A stretch of 64,000 nt of DNA. Source: Candidatus Collierbacteria bacterium RIFOXYD2_FULL_45_13. Its GTDB lineage: Bacteria > Patescibacteriota > Microgenomatia > UBA1400 > MFAQ01. The notes under the pieces were generated by a model. It was not told where the DNA came from. It saw nothing but the letters and a program-made list of their open reading frames with translations, and searched no databases. The position numbers and the translations under genes were made by a program. Position 1 is the first letter of the stretch. Each line of letters begins with the position of its first letter. The stretch spans positions 705,485 to 769,484 of the forward strand of contig MFAS01000001.1 in NCBI GenBank assembly GCA_001774685.1. The letters run 5' to 3'. Below are positions 47,323-56,120 of this stretch, one piece after another.

Positions 47323-49773
47323 CTATTTAAATATACCAACAATTAAATTACATATTTTCGAAATTATATCCTGTGTTTTCGAAAAGATTGTACTCTGGTT
47401 ATTTGATAACACAGGCGCTACAACCGAGGTAACAGGGGTTGCTTCGGGAACATCGGTATCTTCGGTCTGTAAAGGGGTAACCTCTGGATTTGTTGTATAA
47501 GACCCAGAACTATAACTTAGATAAAAAGGGCTCATGGTTAATTTGTTATTTGACAAGTCAGTTACCTCAATGACAACTTTATACAAACCATTAACCAGTG
47601 GCTTTGACGGGGTCAAACTAAAGGTAGTGTACTTTGTTAAACTATCACTCAAAATATTCGCAAGCTCAGCACTGGTCAAACTATAATCATAGTATTTTTT
47701 ATATGCGCCTTGTTTTTTAATATCTATAGATACAGTCTTTGGCCCAGAGGCCACACTCTCAAAAGTATCGGTCGTTCCATCAGAATTTGTTTTAGTGCTT
47801 CCCATGAATTTATCAAAAGCAGTGCCCGAAAAAACCGGGTTTCTGAATTGCGATTTAAGCCGGTATGTCTTGCCCGGTGTGATAGAACCGAGTCCTTGAA
47901 TGGCTAGACTTTTGATTTCTGGGTTTGTCTTGTCCAGGTAAACATTATTGGACACGACTCTTTCATTTAACTCACTGTCATAAGCCGTGACTGACCAGGA
48001 ATGGGCTCCTTCAGACAAAAAGTTTGGCTCAAAACCTTTGATTAAGACAGTTATTTCATCGTTGCCTGAGTCTGAGTCGTTTTCGTTACGATAAGTTACT
48101 TTATAGTTACTGTCATCTAAATGGACATAATCCTGTTGGCCGTTTCCGCTGGCCGGTAAACCTGAAATAACGAAGTTTCGATGTTTGTCTCTATCAAAGT
48201 TGACGGAATAAGAGGAGATACCATTGGTATCCGATGACTTATTAAAAACCAATACGGGTTTGTTGTCATTGGTATAATCGACAGGAGAAATCATCTTAAA
48301 ACTTACCGGCGGCGTAATATCCAATGTATAAGTTAACATGAAAATATCAGTTGATCCATTTGAAGTATGGGGCTCACTGTTGTTGTCGCCATTAAAATTC
48401 ATAGTGTTGGCAAACGCACCCGATACATGAAAAGTATTTGAATAAATATCAATAAATGTAGGATAATCGTAGCCTGTTCCTCCCCACGTTCTGGTCCATT
48501 GATAATTAAGGTCGCTATCATATTTCGTGAGGTATAAATCATACAAGCCGTTTGATACATGATTATCAACGCTTTCGCTTGAATCAAAATCAATGGTGTT
48601 TGAAAAAATTCCCCAAATATACAGATTATTGTTGACATCTTTAGTTATATTATAAGCCTCATCTACTCCACTTCCACCAACTGTTTTTATGGATTTGAAA
48701 TTTCCATCTAAGGATAACTCTAGAATATAAATATCAGAAGAACCGCCCACTGTTTTGTTTTGAGTTCCAGAACCTGGATCGAAATCGACAGTGGTAACGA
48801 ATATGCCCGATATCAGGATTCTATCACCAACAAAGGTAAAACCCATCGCACGATCAGTACCCGATCCGCCCCAATTTTTAACCCAAAGAAAGTTTCCGTC
48901 GGCGTCAAATTTTGAGATAAAGTTGTCGTAGCTTCCGTTTGATGTTCGATTGTCTGTACCCGATCCAGGGTCAAAATCGACGGTGTTGAAAAAATCTCCT
49001 AATAGATAAAAATTGTTGTTTGCATCAAAATAAATTTGATCGGAATAATCATGATTACTCCCTCCAAACGTTTTTGTCCAAACATGATTACCACTTAAAT
49101 CGAATTTTGTAAGAAAGATATCGTATCCGCCATTTGAAGTATGATTGTCTGTACCTGCGCCCGGATCAAAGTCTGGTGTGGAGAAAAATCTGCCATAAAC
49201 ATATATATTTGTATAATCATTATTAAAAGAAACTATTTCTGGCCTATCGTGAGAATCTCCACCCCATGTTTTGGTCCACTGATGATTACCATTTGAATCA
49301 TACTTAGTCAGGAAACCATCAAGGCCGTTTGCGGTATGATTGTCTGTACCTGCACCTGGGTCAAAATCAACAGTACTTTCGAATTCTCCAGTAACGTAAA
49401 CATTGTTGTCGGTGTCAAAAGTTAAGCTATTATAATCATCAAAAGTTCCTGCCCCCCCCCAAACCTTTGTCCATAAGTAATTACCGCCGGAATCGTATTT
49501 AGAAAGAAACATATCATATCCTCCCGCAGAAGTATAACTATCAACACCTACCGTCGGGTCAAAATCAACAGTTGTTGAAAAATAACCAAAAATATATGTG
49601 TTTCCGTCAAAATCTGTTTTTACTTTTGCCCAATCAACCCCGCTTCCACCAATTGATATGCCTGATTGATAAATTAAACCATCCACGGCTAGAATCTTTT
49701 GTGGAAACACAAACGAAAGCGAGAATATTGTTATTGATACGCAGACAGCCCTGATAAACATACGGATATTCAT
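47323..49773 (-). CDS. secreted protein with SBBP-type beta-propeller repeats and a C-terminal half paralogous to the upstream gene
   Basis: 816 aa with a signal peptide. About eight repeats of the form WTKTWGG...D......GN.YV.G.F..TVDFDPG.GTDN match the SBBP beta-propeller pattern. The C-terminal roughly 300 aa (ISSYSV...PASGNG...NENDSDS...DKTNP) aligns to the upstream protein. Confidence 0.7.
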   Translation of the reverse strand: MNIRMFIRAVCVSITIFSLSFVFPQKILAVDGLIYQSGISIGGSGVDWAKVKTDFDGNTYIFGYFSTTVDFDPTVGVDSYTSAGGYDMFLSKYDSGGNYLWTKVWGGAGTFDDYNSLTFDTDNNVYVTGEFESTVDFDPGAGTDNHTANGLDGFLTKYDSNGNHQWTKTWGGDSHDRPEIVSFNNDYTNIYVYGRFFSTPDFDPGAGTDNHTSNGGYDIFLTKFDLSGNHVWTKTFGGSNHDYSDQIYFDANNNFYLLGDFFNTVDFDPGSGTDNRTSNGSYDNFISKFDADGNFLWVKNWGGSGTDRAMGFTFVGDRILISGIFVTTVDFDPGSGTQNKTVGGSSDIYILELSLDGNFKSIKTVGGSGVDEAYNITKDVNNNLYIWGIFSNTIDFDSSESVDNHVSNGLYDLYLTKYDSDLNYQWTRTWGGTGYDYPTFIDIYSNTFHVSGAFANTMNFNGDNNSEPHTSNGSTDIFMLTYTLDITPPVSFKMISPVDYTNDNKPVLVFNKSSDTNGISSYSVNFDRDKHRNFVISGLPASGNGQQDYVHLDDSNYKVTYRNENDSDSGNDEITVLIKGFEPNFLSEGAHSWSVTAYDSELNERVVSNNVYLDKTNPEIKSLAIQGLGSITPGKTYRLKSQFRNPVFSGTAFDKFMGSTKTNSDGTTDTFESVASGPKTVSIDIKKQGAYKKYYDYSLTSAELANILSDSLTKYTTFSLTPSKPLVNGLYKVVIEVTDLSNNKLTMSPFYLSYSSGSYTTNPEVTPLQTEDTDVPEATPVTSVVAPVLSNNQSTIFSKTQDIISKICNLIVGIFK

Positions 49774-49999
49774 TCCTCTATATTATAGTTATTATAGTAA
49801 TAAAACAAATTTGTCCAATATCTGTGTTTGCATATCTCGTATTTATTCAAGACTTTTTGCGTCTGGTTGACCAAATGCATTGTCCACAACATCGTCCATC
49901 TGCTAAAGAATTGTACTCTGAAATATTCTGGCAGAGTTCAAAAATTCGCTGAAAAACAGTGATGGTTTTGAAAAATGTGACTTATTGGAGCGAATGGGG

Positions 50000-50186
50000 C
50001 CTGCCCGCCGGTAGGTGGGGGAGTCGGCCTCTTCGGTCTCGCTTACTAGCTCGCCTCTGAGCGCGCCTCGCCGCCAGTCGCGCTTCCGGCGGGATCAGCT
50101 CTCGTAAGAGCTAGTGCCGAAATATCTTTCGGCGCCGACTAGTTCACACAACAAAGTCCCCCATAAAGAGGGACTTCGTTTTATTG
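50000..50186 (-). repeat. GC-rich tRNA-flanking element downstream of tRNA-Gly(TCC)
   Basis: Hairpin aagtccc-ccataaaga-gggactt next to the tRNA. A core gaagcgcgactggcggcgaggcgcgctcagaggcgag is homologous to the cores of the other three elements. A degenerate copy of the tRNA 3' end (gtgggggagtcgg) sits at 50014-50027. GC content is visibly far above local background. Confidence 0.55.
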
Positions 50187-50257
50187 AGCGGGTGAGGGGA
50201 GTCGGACCCCTTTCATCAGCTTGGAAAGCTGAGGTAATACCGGTATACGACACCCGC
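50187..50257 (-). tRNA. tRNA-Gly(TCC)
   Basis: Perfect acceptor GCGGGTG/CACCCGC, anticodon stem TCAGC/GCTGA with loop TTTCCAA, and T-stem AGGGG/CCCCT. The T-loop is the atypical TCCGACT. Confidence 0.7.
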
Positions 50258-50261
50258 GTTG

Positions 50262-50292
50262 TAAATATTTTATCAAAAACCCCACCGGTTTG
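50262..50292 (-). terminator. Rho-independent terminator for the 50306-50635 membrane-protein gene
   Basis: Palindromic ccccacc-ggttt-ggtgggg; on the reverse strand it is followed by ttttt. Confidence 0.6.
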
Positions 50293-50305
50293 GTGGGGAA
50301 AATAT

Positions 50306-50635
50306 TTATCTGGGAGTAGAGTACTCAATTAGGAAGGAAACCAACAATAGAAACAGTGCCACATACAAGCAGGGGAGTGAGTTGGTAATGGCAACGGATC
50401 CAAGCACCATCAAACCAAATAAGAAAAAGGAACCAGGAATATCTATATATATCTTCACTCGCAATATAGCCTTAAAAATCTCGAAAAAAACCAAAATTGA
50501 TCCTCCCATGACAACAAACATCATGACCGGGAAAATATGCGGTAGAAAACCGATCCTCATCGACCCGCCCCAAAGCAAACCGCTAACAAGGGCATATAGG
50601 CAAGTTAGCAATATGAGCCAAAAACGCTTATTCAT
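50306..50635 (-). CDS. small polytopic membrane protein
   Basis: 109 aa, three or four TM helices. Confidence 0.45.
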   Translation of the reverse strand: MNKRFWLILLTCLYALVSGLLWGGSMRIGFLPHIFPVMMFVVMGGSILVFFEIFKAILRVKIYIDIPGSFFLFGLMVLGSVAITNSLPCLYVALFLLLVSFLIEYSTPR

Positions 50636-50701
50636 TGGACCTCCTAAGAATTGAAGGGTACAGTGACAAAGATATCACCAAATCCCCACCATTGTCTATT
50701 G

Positions 50702-50775
50702 TCGGGGTGGTGAGACTCGAACTCACGACCCCTGCGTCCCAAACGCAGTACTCTAGCCATCTGAGCTACACCCCG
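50702..50775 (-). tRNA. tRNA-Pro(TGG)
   Basis: Acceptor CGGGGTG/CACCCCG, anticodon stem CTGCG/CGCAG with loop TTTGGGA, and T-arm GTGAG-TTCGAGT-CTCAC. Confidence 0.8.
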
Positions 50776-50844
50776 ATAGACTGATTTTACCATTCAAAGC
50801 TCATTTTGAGGTAAAATATAGTCCTGACGGTCTAAGCCGTTTAT

Positions 50845-50918
50845 GGTGGATTTAGCTTAGTCGGTAAAGCGCCTCCCTGTGGAGGAGGAGATCGCGGGTT
50901 CGAGTCCCGTAATCCACC
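50845..50918 (+). tRNA. tRNA-His(GTG) with a genome-encoded G-1
   Basis: G-1 followed by GTGGATT/AATCCAC, discriminator C, anticodon stem CCTCC/GGAGG with loop CTGTGGA, and T-loop TTCGAGT. Confidence 0.8.
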
Positions 50919-50920
50919 CA

Positions 50921-50955
50921 AATAAATCTCTCCCTCGTGGGGAGATTTTTATTTG
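50921..50955 (+). terminator. Rho-independent terminator after tRNA-His; also the 5' part of the tRNA-flanking element
   Basis: aaatctctccc-tcgt-ggggagattt followed by ttatttgg. The hairpin is almost identical to the one next to tRNA-Arg. Confidence 0.65.
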
Positions 50956-51077
50956 GATAATAATTACGGGACTCGAGTGACGGAACCAGTTTCGTGACGA
51001 ACCTGGTGAGGCGGGTCTTGAGGCAATTTCTATTGAAATTGACCGAAAGGAGTCCCGACGTAAGGAGAGTCCCCATA

Positions 51078-51092
51078 CCCGCAATCCACCCA
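51078..51092 (+). repeat. 15-nt near-direct repeat of the tRNA-His 3' end (att-like)
   Basis: cccgcaatccaccca versus cccgtaatccaccca at 50906-50920. Confidence 0.7.
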
Positions 51093-51236
51093 CTTGATGT
51101 ATCAAAAAATAGAGGTCGATGGGGAAACTGTCGGTGGTATAGCTTTAACAGTTCAGGACGGTCTTTTTATGGTAAAATAACTATAGTTAAGGGGATAGAG
51201 TAAATATTATTACAAAACACTCTATCATACTATACT

Positions 51237-51437
51237 ATGACAGGCACAATCAAGAAAAAAACCGATAAAGGCTTTGGCTTCATTTCTAGGGAAGGAGAAG
51301 AAAAAGACCTTTTCTTCCATTCCAACGATCTGCAGGGAATTACTTTTGAGCAGATACAAGAAGGAGCTACTGTAGAATTCGATATCGAACAAGGACCAAA
51401 GGGACCGGCAGCTAAGAACGTCAAGCTGGCTCAATAA
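51237..51437 (+). CDS. cold-shock protein (CspA family)
   Basis: 66 aa; KGFGFI (RNP1) and FFHSND / VEFDIEQGPKGPAAKNV are the cold-shock-domain signature. Confidence 0.9.
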   Translation: MTGTIKKKTDKGFGFISREGEEKDLFFHSNDLQGITFEQIQEGATVEFDIEQGPKGPAAKNVKLAQ

Positions 51438-51496
51438 GCTTTTTAAAATACAAAACGGCCTTCGCAACAGCGGAGGTCTTTTTGTATTTCTCACAA

Positions 51497-52513
51497 TCAC
51501 CTTTTACTTTTTTTGCTAAGTACTCTTGCCACCCTCATTCCGAAAGTTCTAATCATGACCACTCCGATGCCCAGTACCGGGATTGCAAATACAGCCCCAA
51601 AAGCCCCGCCAAACTTAAGTCCGATTAAAAGAGATATTAGAATTATGGCAGGGTGAAGACTGAAAACTTTACCCAACAACTTCGGACCAATAACGTTAAA
51701 AACAATTTGCTGGGCAATAAACAAGATAACCCCTACCAGTAGTGCTTTTAGAGATCCGGCTAGTAAGGCCACCATCACAGGCAGCACAATCGCCAACAAA
51801 GGACCGACCAAAGGGACAATCGCGAATAGACCGGCCAGGAAAGCCACCGACGCCGAAAAACCGATTCCAAATAAATACATGACCAACCAAGTTACAATGG
51901 CAATCAAAACGCCATAGAAAAACTGGACTCTGAAAAAAGAAATAAAGGTATCACTAATCACTTTTTCTATAAATATCAATGTTTCGTGCCAAGCGTCGGG
52001 AACTAAATTAAAGAATTCTCTGTTTATCTTATTTCGATCGATAATGAAGTAAAAAGACAGGGTCAGCACGATAAAAGCAGAAAAAAAGAACTGGGCTATG
52101 GACGGAATAAGAGTGATCGAGTTTTCAATCTGGTTTAGAAGTGGCCCGTTAAGATGATTTAGTACTACCGGCGCCTCACTTAGGTATCCCGGCACCAAAC
52201 CAACCAAAGCAACGATCTGGGAAGTAATCAGTGGTATATAAACGAAACCTATCGCAACAATAAATATTGAAAGCAGCAGATAGGTGATTGTCGTCGAGAT
52301 AATCTTTGAGAACTTAAAGTATTTTTGAATCCGACTTACTACCGGGTCCAAGAGAAAACTTAAAAGCCATGAAACCAAGACAATCACAATAGTATCCGTA
52401 AAACGACCCAAAACCATTCCAACCAAGCCAAGCACGTAGCTTCCGACTGCAATAATTAACAGATAAAGTAACACCTGAATCAGGTTGTTAAATTTTTTCA
52501 TTTCCTCCAACAT
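51497..52513 (-). CDS. AI-2E family transporter (PerM/UPF0118)
   Basis: 338 aa with about eight TM helices and the conserved C-terminal GLIGAVFAIP-like segment (FGGAFGAVFAIPVLGI). Confidence 0.7.
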   Translation of the reverse strand: MLEEMKKFNNLIQVLLYLLIIAVGSYVLGLVGMVLGRFTDTIVIVLVSWLLSFLLDPVVSRIQKYFKFSKIISTTITYLLLSIFIVAIGFVYIPLITSQIVALVGLVPGYLSEAPVVLNHLNGPLLNQIENSITLIPSIAQFFFSAFIVLTLSFYFIIDRNKINREFFNLVPDAWHETLIFIEKVISDTFISFFRVQFFYGVLIAIVTWLVMYLFGIGFSASVAFLAGLFAIVPLVGPLLAIVLPVMVALLAGSLKALLVGVILFIAQQIVFNVIGPKLLGKVFSLHPAIILISLLIGLKFGGAFGAVFAIPVLGIGVVMIRTFGMRVARVLSKKSKR

Positions 52514-52517
52514 GGTC

Positions 52518-53153
52518 TTACTTTACCACAGGCTTCTTGCGCTTTCTTTTTGTCACAGATGGAGTTATAGCTAGATTAGCTTCAATTTCCGTCAATATTT
52601 TATTCGTAACTTCCTTTGAGGCCTCTTTAGTCGTTGTGGGAGAGAGCAGCTTGAGGATTCTATCTAATTTGGTGTTAATCTGTTCAATTTCAATACTATA
52701 GTCTTTACCGGGTACCGAAGGTTTGACATTAGGTCTTTCGTTTGTCCTTGAGAAGTCGGATTTAGTATCAGCAAAACAGTTACTGCACAAGACCGGCTTA
52801 CCGTTGGTTGGCCGGAAAGGGACTTCACAACCTTGACCACACTGGTCGCAGGTCGCCCTAAACATCTGTCGATCTGCGAATCCGGGTCCTCCTCCACGCT
52901 TGTCATACATCTGTGGACGTCTGGAATCTCCAAAGCTGGCCTCTCTAGAGCCACCGCCGTTATTTTCAAAACACTTACTGCAAAATACTTCTTTCCGTCC
53001 ATTGGGCTTAAAAGGCACCTTACAAGCAGATCCGCACTGCGCACAAACTGCGTCAAACATCGCCGGCCTGTCGGAACCACGGTCGCCAAAGTCTCTTCTG
53101 GCATAGTTTTGGCCACCACTAAAGTTGTTGTTACCTCGTTTGGAAAATGTCAT
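52518..53153 (-). CDS. tandem zinc-ribbon protein
   Basis: Two copies of C-x2-C-x17-C-x2-C (CAQCGSACKVPFKPNGRKEVFCSKCF and CDQCGQGCEVPFRPTNGKPVLCSNCF), a Gly/Arg-rich linker and a basic C-terminus. Confidence 0.5.
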   Translation of the reverse strand: MTFSKRGNNNFSGGQNYARRDFGDRGSDRPAMFDAVCAQCGSACKVPFKPNGRKEVFCSKCFENNGGGSREASFGDSRRPQMYDKRGGGPGFADRQMFRATCDQCGQGCEVPFRPTNGKPVLCSNCFADTKSDFSRTNERPNVKPSVPGKDYSIEIEQINTKLDRILKLLSPTTTKEASKEVTNKILTEIEANLAITPSVTKRKRKKPVVK

Positions 53154-53284
53154 ATCCTATATTGTATCATACTTTAGACACACCCTTTTAGCCTCAGTTG
53201 CATCCTTTGGTCAAAATCTTCTCCTCTTAATACCACAAAGTCCCGACCTTCATCGGGACTTTGTACTTCAAACACCATCAATCA

Positions 53285-53821
53285 CTATGGACTTATCAAA
53301 GTCAAACCTGGATTGGTACCGACTTCATAAACCGTTGCTGAAGTTCCGCCATCGTTCTGGGCCACTGCCGCGTTGGAGGTCGATTCCAAATAGGCGTCTA
53401 ACTCATACGTAGAACCATTGCTCTTGAAGCTATAAACCATCGCTCCGGCAGCAATCTGAGTTGTTCCATCCGAGAGAGTAGTAGCGACCGTTGCAGATTG
53501 ACGTGGATCAATTGGAAGAACAGACAGATATTTGGAAACATCCATTCCCAAATAGTTACTCGCACTAGTTGTGTCACGGCTTCCAGCCGACGTACCGGTA
53601 AAAGGAACCGCCACAGTCCCAGGTAACGAATCACCTTCCGCAATTGCCAAATCAATAGCTTTACGCATTGTTGCCAAATCGGACAACCTAGTCGTATCAC
53701 GGCTTTTTCTCTGAGCCTCGGCAGGATTAATTGCCAGAACCACCAGAGTAGCCAAAATACTTAAAATTGCAATAACCACCAGCAACTCAATCAAAGTAAA
53801 CCCTTTTAGTATTTTATTCAT
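53285..53821 (-). CDS. type IV pilin (prepilin with class III signal)
   Basis: MNKILKG|FTLIELLVVIAIL is the prepilin cleavage/methylation motif, with Glu at +5. Confidence 0.85.
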   Translation of the reverse strand: MNKILKGFTLIELLVVIAILSILATLVVLAINPAEAQRKSRDTTRLSDLATMRKAIDLAIAEGDSLPGTVAVPFTGTSAGSRDTTSASNYLGMDVSKYLSVLPIDPRQSATVATTLSDGTTQIAAGAMVYSFKSNGSTYELDAYLESTSNAAVAQNDGGTSATVYEVGTNPGLTLISP

Positions 53822-53864
53822 TCATTATTCACCACCTTTCAAATCTAATTAATAATTATATAAG

Positions 53865-54137
53865 TTAGTCAAAGGGCTCCATTCGCACCACCGGCAAATT
53901 GGAAGAAATAATGGATCTAACCGAAGCTCTTAAAACACCTAAATTCTCTTGCTTAATAGTCGGTACATTTTCGGATATAGTTATGGAACTTTCTCGAGAT
54001 AACCTTGCCTGCCAGACTTGAATCAATAAAAAACCCCAAAACATTGTCCAAAGCACAATAGTGACCGCCACCTCCAGATTAATTTTAAGAACCAGTTGAT
54101 TCTCCTGCTCTTTGATGGTCATATCATTTCTTTTCAA
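53865..54137 (-). CDS. small membrane protein in the pilus locus
   Basis: 90 aa with one TM helix. Confidence 0.35.
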   Translation of the reverse strand: MKRNDMTIKEQENQLVLKINLEVAVTIVLWTMFWGFLLIQVWQARLSRESSITISENVPTIKQENLGVLRASVRSIISSNLPVVRMEPFD

Positions 54138-54654
54138 CCCCCATAATTAGTGATCCGTTTACAATTGCTTTCACTCCAGTTTTGACTTCATGTTTCAATA
54201 TGGTAATCTTGTCAACCTTGAAAAAATACTGCATGGAAGACAGCTTGGAAAAAAAGCTGGTTAGGCCCTGAAAGCTTCCCTCCAGTGTAATTTCCATGCC
54301 CAAGCCCAACATATTTTTACCTGCTATATCCACTTGTTTCGGAAAATCATCAAAATGATTCGAGATTGTCAAGCCCGACTCTTTCGCAAACCGTTCCACC
54401 ACAGCTGTAAAATTCGCTACTTCGTATTCATCCGCAGGCAATGTGTTGCTATACCTTACCGCCTCATTTGACAAACGGGGCATTTCTCGTGATAGGTCGT
54501 CCAATTTAATCATATTGGCTTCCTGTCTAACCACTTCCACTTTCAATTTATTGACACTCTCTAAATCCCTGACCGTCTTTACAGAATAAAACCCGGACGC
54601 TAACGCAATCATAAATAATATAAGTAAGTGAATTATTGGTGGCTGAACTTTCAT
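54124..54654 (-). CDS. PilO/PilN-like pilus assembly protein
   Basis: N-terminal TM helix, coiled coil and a C-terminal alpha/beta domain; sits in the pilM-to-pilin interval. Confidence 0.5.
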   Translation of the reverse strand: MKVQPPIIHLLILFMIALASGFYSVKTVRDLESVNKLKVEVVRQEANMIKLDDLSREMPRLSNEAVRYSNTLPADEYEVANFTAVVERFAKESGLTISNHFDDFPKQVDIAGKNMLGLGMEITLEGSFQGLTSFFSKLSSMQYFFKVDKITILKHEVKTGVKAIVNGSLIMGVEKK

Positions 54655-56105
54655 TTGGTGGACATGTTTGCAATGCGAAAGGTAATGCCGGCCTCTTTTT
54701 CCAAACTCCCAAAATAAAGCTTGCCATCGGAAAAGGTGGTATTTGAGAGCAAATCGTTATAAAAACTTAGCACCAATGGCCTTGAATTGGCCGATCCCGT
54801 GATCACCCAAGAGTTTCCCCGTTCATACAATCTCTTTATGCCTGGGTTCCTGCTAATCACCAAACTAGTCAAAACAATTCCTTCCGGAGTTACCGCAGAA
54901 AGTTCCTTCAAGATATTTTCCTCACCACCCGTACTCTCCCTTAGAGTCATCAGCTGACCGGTGACCTGATTTAAATGATCGGCTTGAACGATAAGTGTCT
55001 GACTTTGTGGAAGTTGTAGTCGCTGTTGGTACCGATCAGAAAGTATAGATAGTTCTTTTTTGTCTGTAACTGCCAGTGCGTCAACGTAATACAAAGCCAA
55101 AACACCTACCAGGGAAAATGCTATTAATATATCCATCGAAACCCTCCAATAATGCATCAGGCGGTTCTTGACAATGGCCAATCGAAAATCGACCGGTAGA
55201 AGATTTAACGAAGGCTGCAAATCAAATGTTTTAAGGCTCAAGCCGTGGGAGGTATGTAACAGAGAATGGTTTATCACCTTGGTACTCTCCAAACGACTGA
55301 CCGCTTTAGTCGCAATGATGTTTTGGGTTTTAAGATCCAGTGCTACGGTGTTGATATCTTGTCTGGATCCTGAAACAAGCAGCTCCGTTACGGGCCGATT
55401 GGTGTGTTTTGAATTAGCAAAGTTTACATACGAAGTAATCGTCTTAGAAATATCCCCATTTTTGTCAATCTCCGACTGGGGCAAAAAATCCGAAAATCGT
55501 GGGTTGCCACCGGTTACATAAGAAAATACACCAAAACTATCGCCCAGATACACCAGCAATAAGTTTTTACCCAGAAGCTGGCTCGGTTCAATAATTCTAA
55601 TATTCGCAAAAACTGCCGGTTCAACAGCCAAAACTCGCAATCCCATGGAAGTACAGATTGAAACACAGTTTTCGATAATCGTTCTTGGAATAGCCGCCAG
55701 CAATACTTCAATCAAACCTTCCGCTGTTTTACCAAGGATAACCGAATCTGTTTCCACTCCGCTTGGCAATACCGGTAATAATGAACGTATCTGATAATCT
55801 ATAGCGTCGCTAAGATTTTTACCCGGTACGTTGGGAACCGAAAATTCACTTAAAAATACTCGATTGTCGTTTACCCCAATTACTACATCGCTATTTAAAC
55901 TAATCGGTTTGGGCTTAGCGGTACCAAATAGTAATTGAAGAATTTGGATAAAACCACCGCGATTCTTTATTTCACTGTTCACCACCAAGCCCGGGGGTAG
56001 AACCAATTGATTAAATCTTTCCAACCTTTGTCCATCGGCAGACACCTGAGACAATTCAATGAAGTTGTCGTTAAAGTAGAGTCCTAATGATGGTTTGGCA
56101 GGCAT
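54651..56105 (-). CDS. PilM-like actin-fold ATPase fused to a PilN-like TM/periplasmic segment
   Basis: An N-terminal roughly 330 aa actin-like fold (GLYFNDNFIELSQV), then a TM helix (ILIAFSLVGVLALYYV) and a coiled-coil tail. Confidence 0.55.
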   Translation of the reverse strand: MPAKPSLGLYFNDNFIELSQVSADGQRLERFNQLVLPPGLVVNSEIKNRGGFIQILQLLFGTAKPKPISLNSDVVIGVNDNRVFLSEFSVPNVPGKNLSDAIDYQIRSLLPVLPSGVETDSVILGKTAEGLIEVLLAAIPRTIIENCVSICTSMGLRVLAVEPAVFANIRIIEPSQLLGKNLLLVYLGDSFGVFSYVTGGNPRFSDFLPQSEIDKNGDISKTITSYVNFANSKHTNRPVTELLVSGSRQDINTVALDLKTQNIIATKAVSRLESTKVINHSLLHTSHGLSLKTFDLQPSLNLLPVDFRLAIVKNRLMHYWRVSMDILIAFSLVGVLALYYVDALAVTDKKELSILSDRYQQRLQLPQSQTLIVQADHLNQVTGQLMTLRESTGGEENILKELSAVTPEGIVLTSLVISRNPGIKRLYERGNSWVITGSANSRPLVLSFYNDLLSNTTFSDGKLYFGSLEKEAGITFRIANMSTK

Positions 56106-56120
56106 CTATATATCATCTTA

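Noticed and set aside
50095-50332. ORFs at 50095-50328 and 50114-50332, plus my initial idea that 49990-50185 is a housekeeping ncRNA (6S, SRP or RNase P).
   Set aside because: The ORFs overlap tRNA-Gly(TCC) and the GC-rich element. I could not find the SRP domain IV or RNase P P4 (GGAAAGUCCGG) motifs, and the segment aligns to the other tRNA-flanking elements. It is better explained as a repeat-family member. A low residual chance of a transcribed RNA remains.
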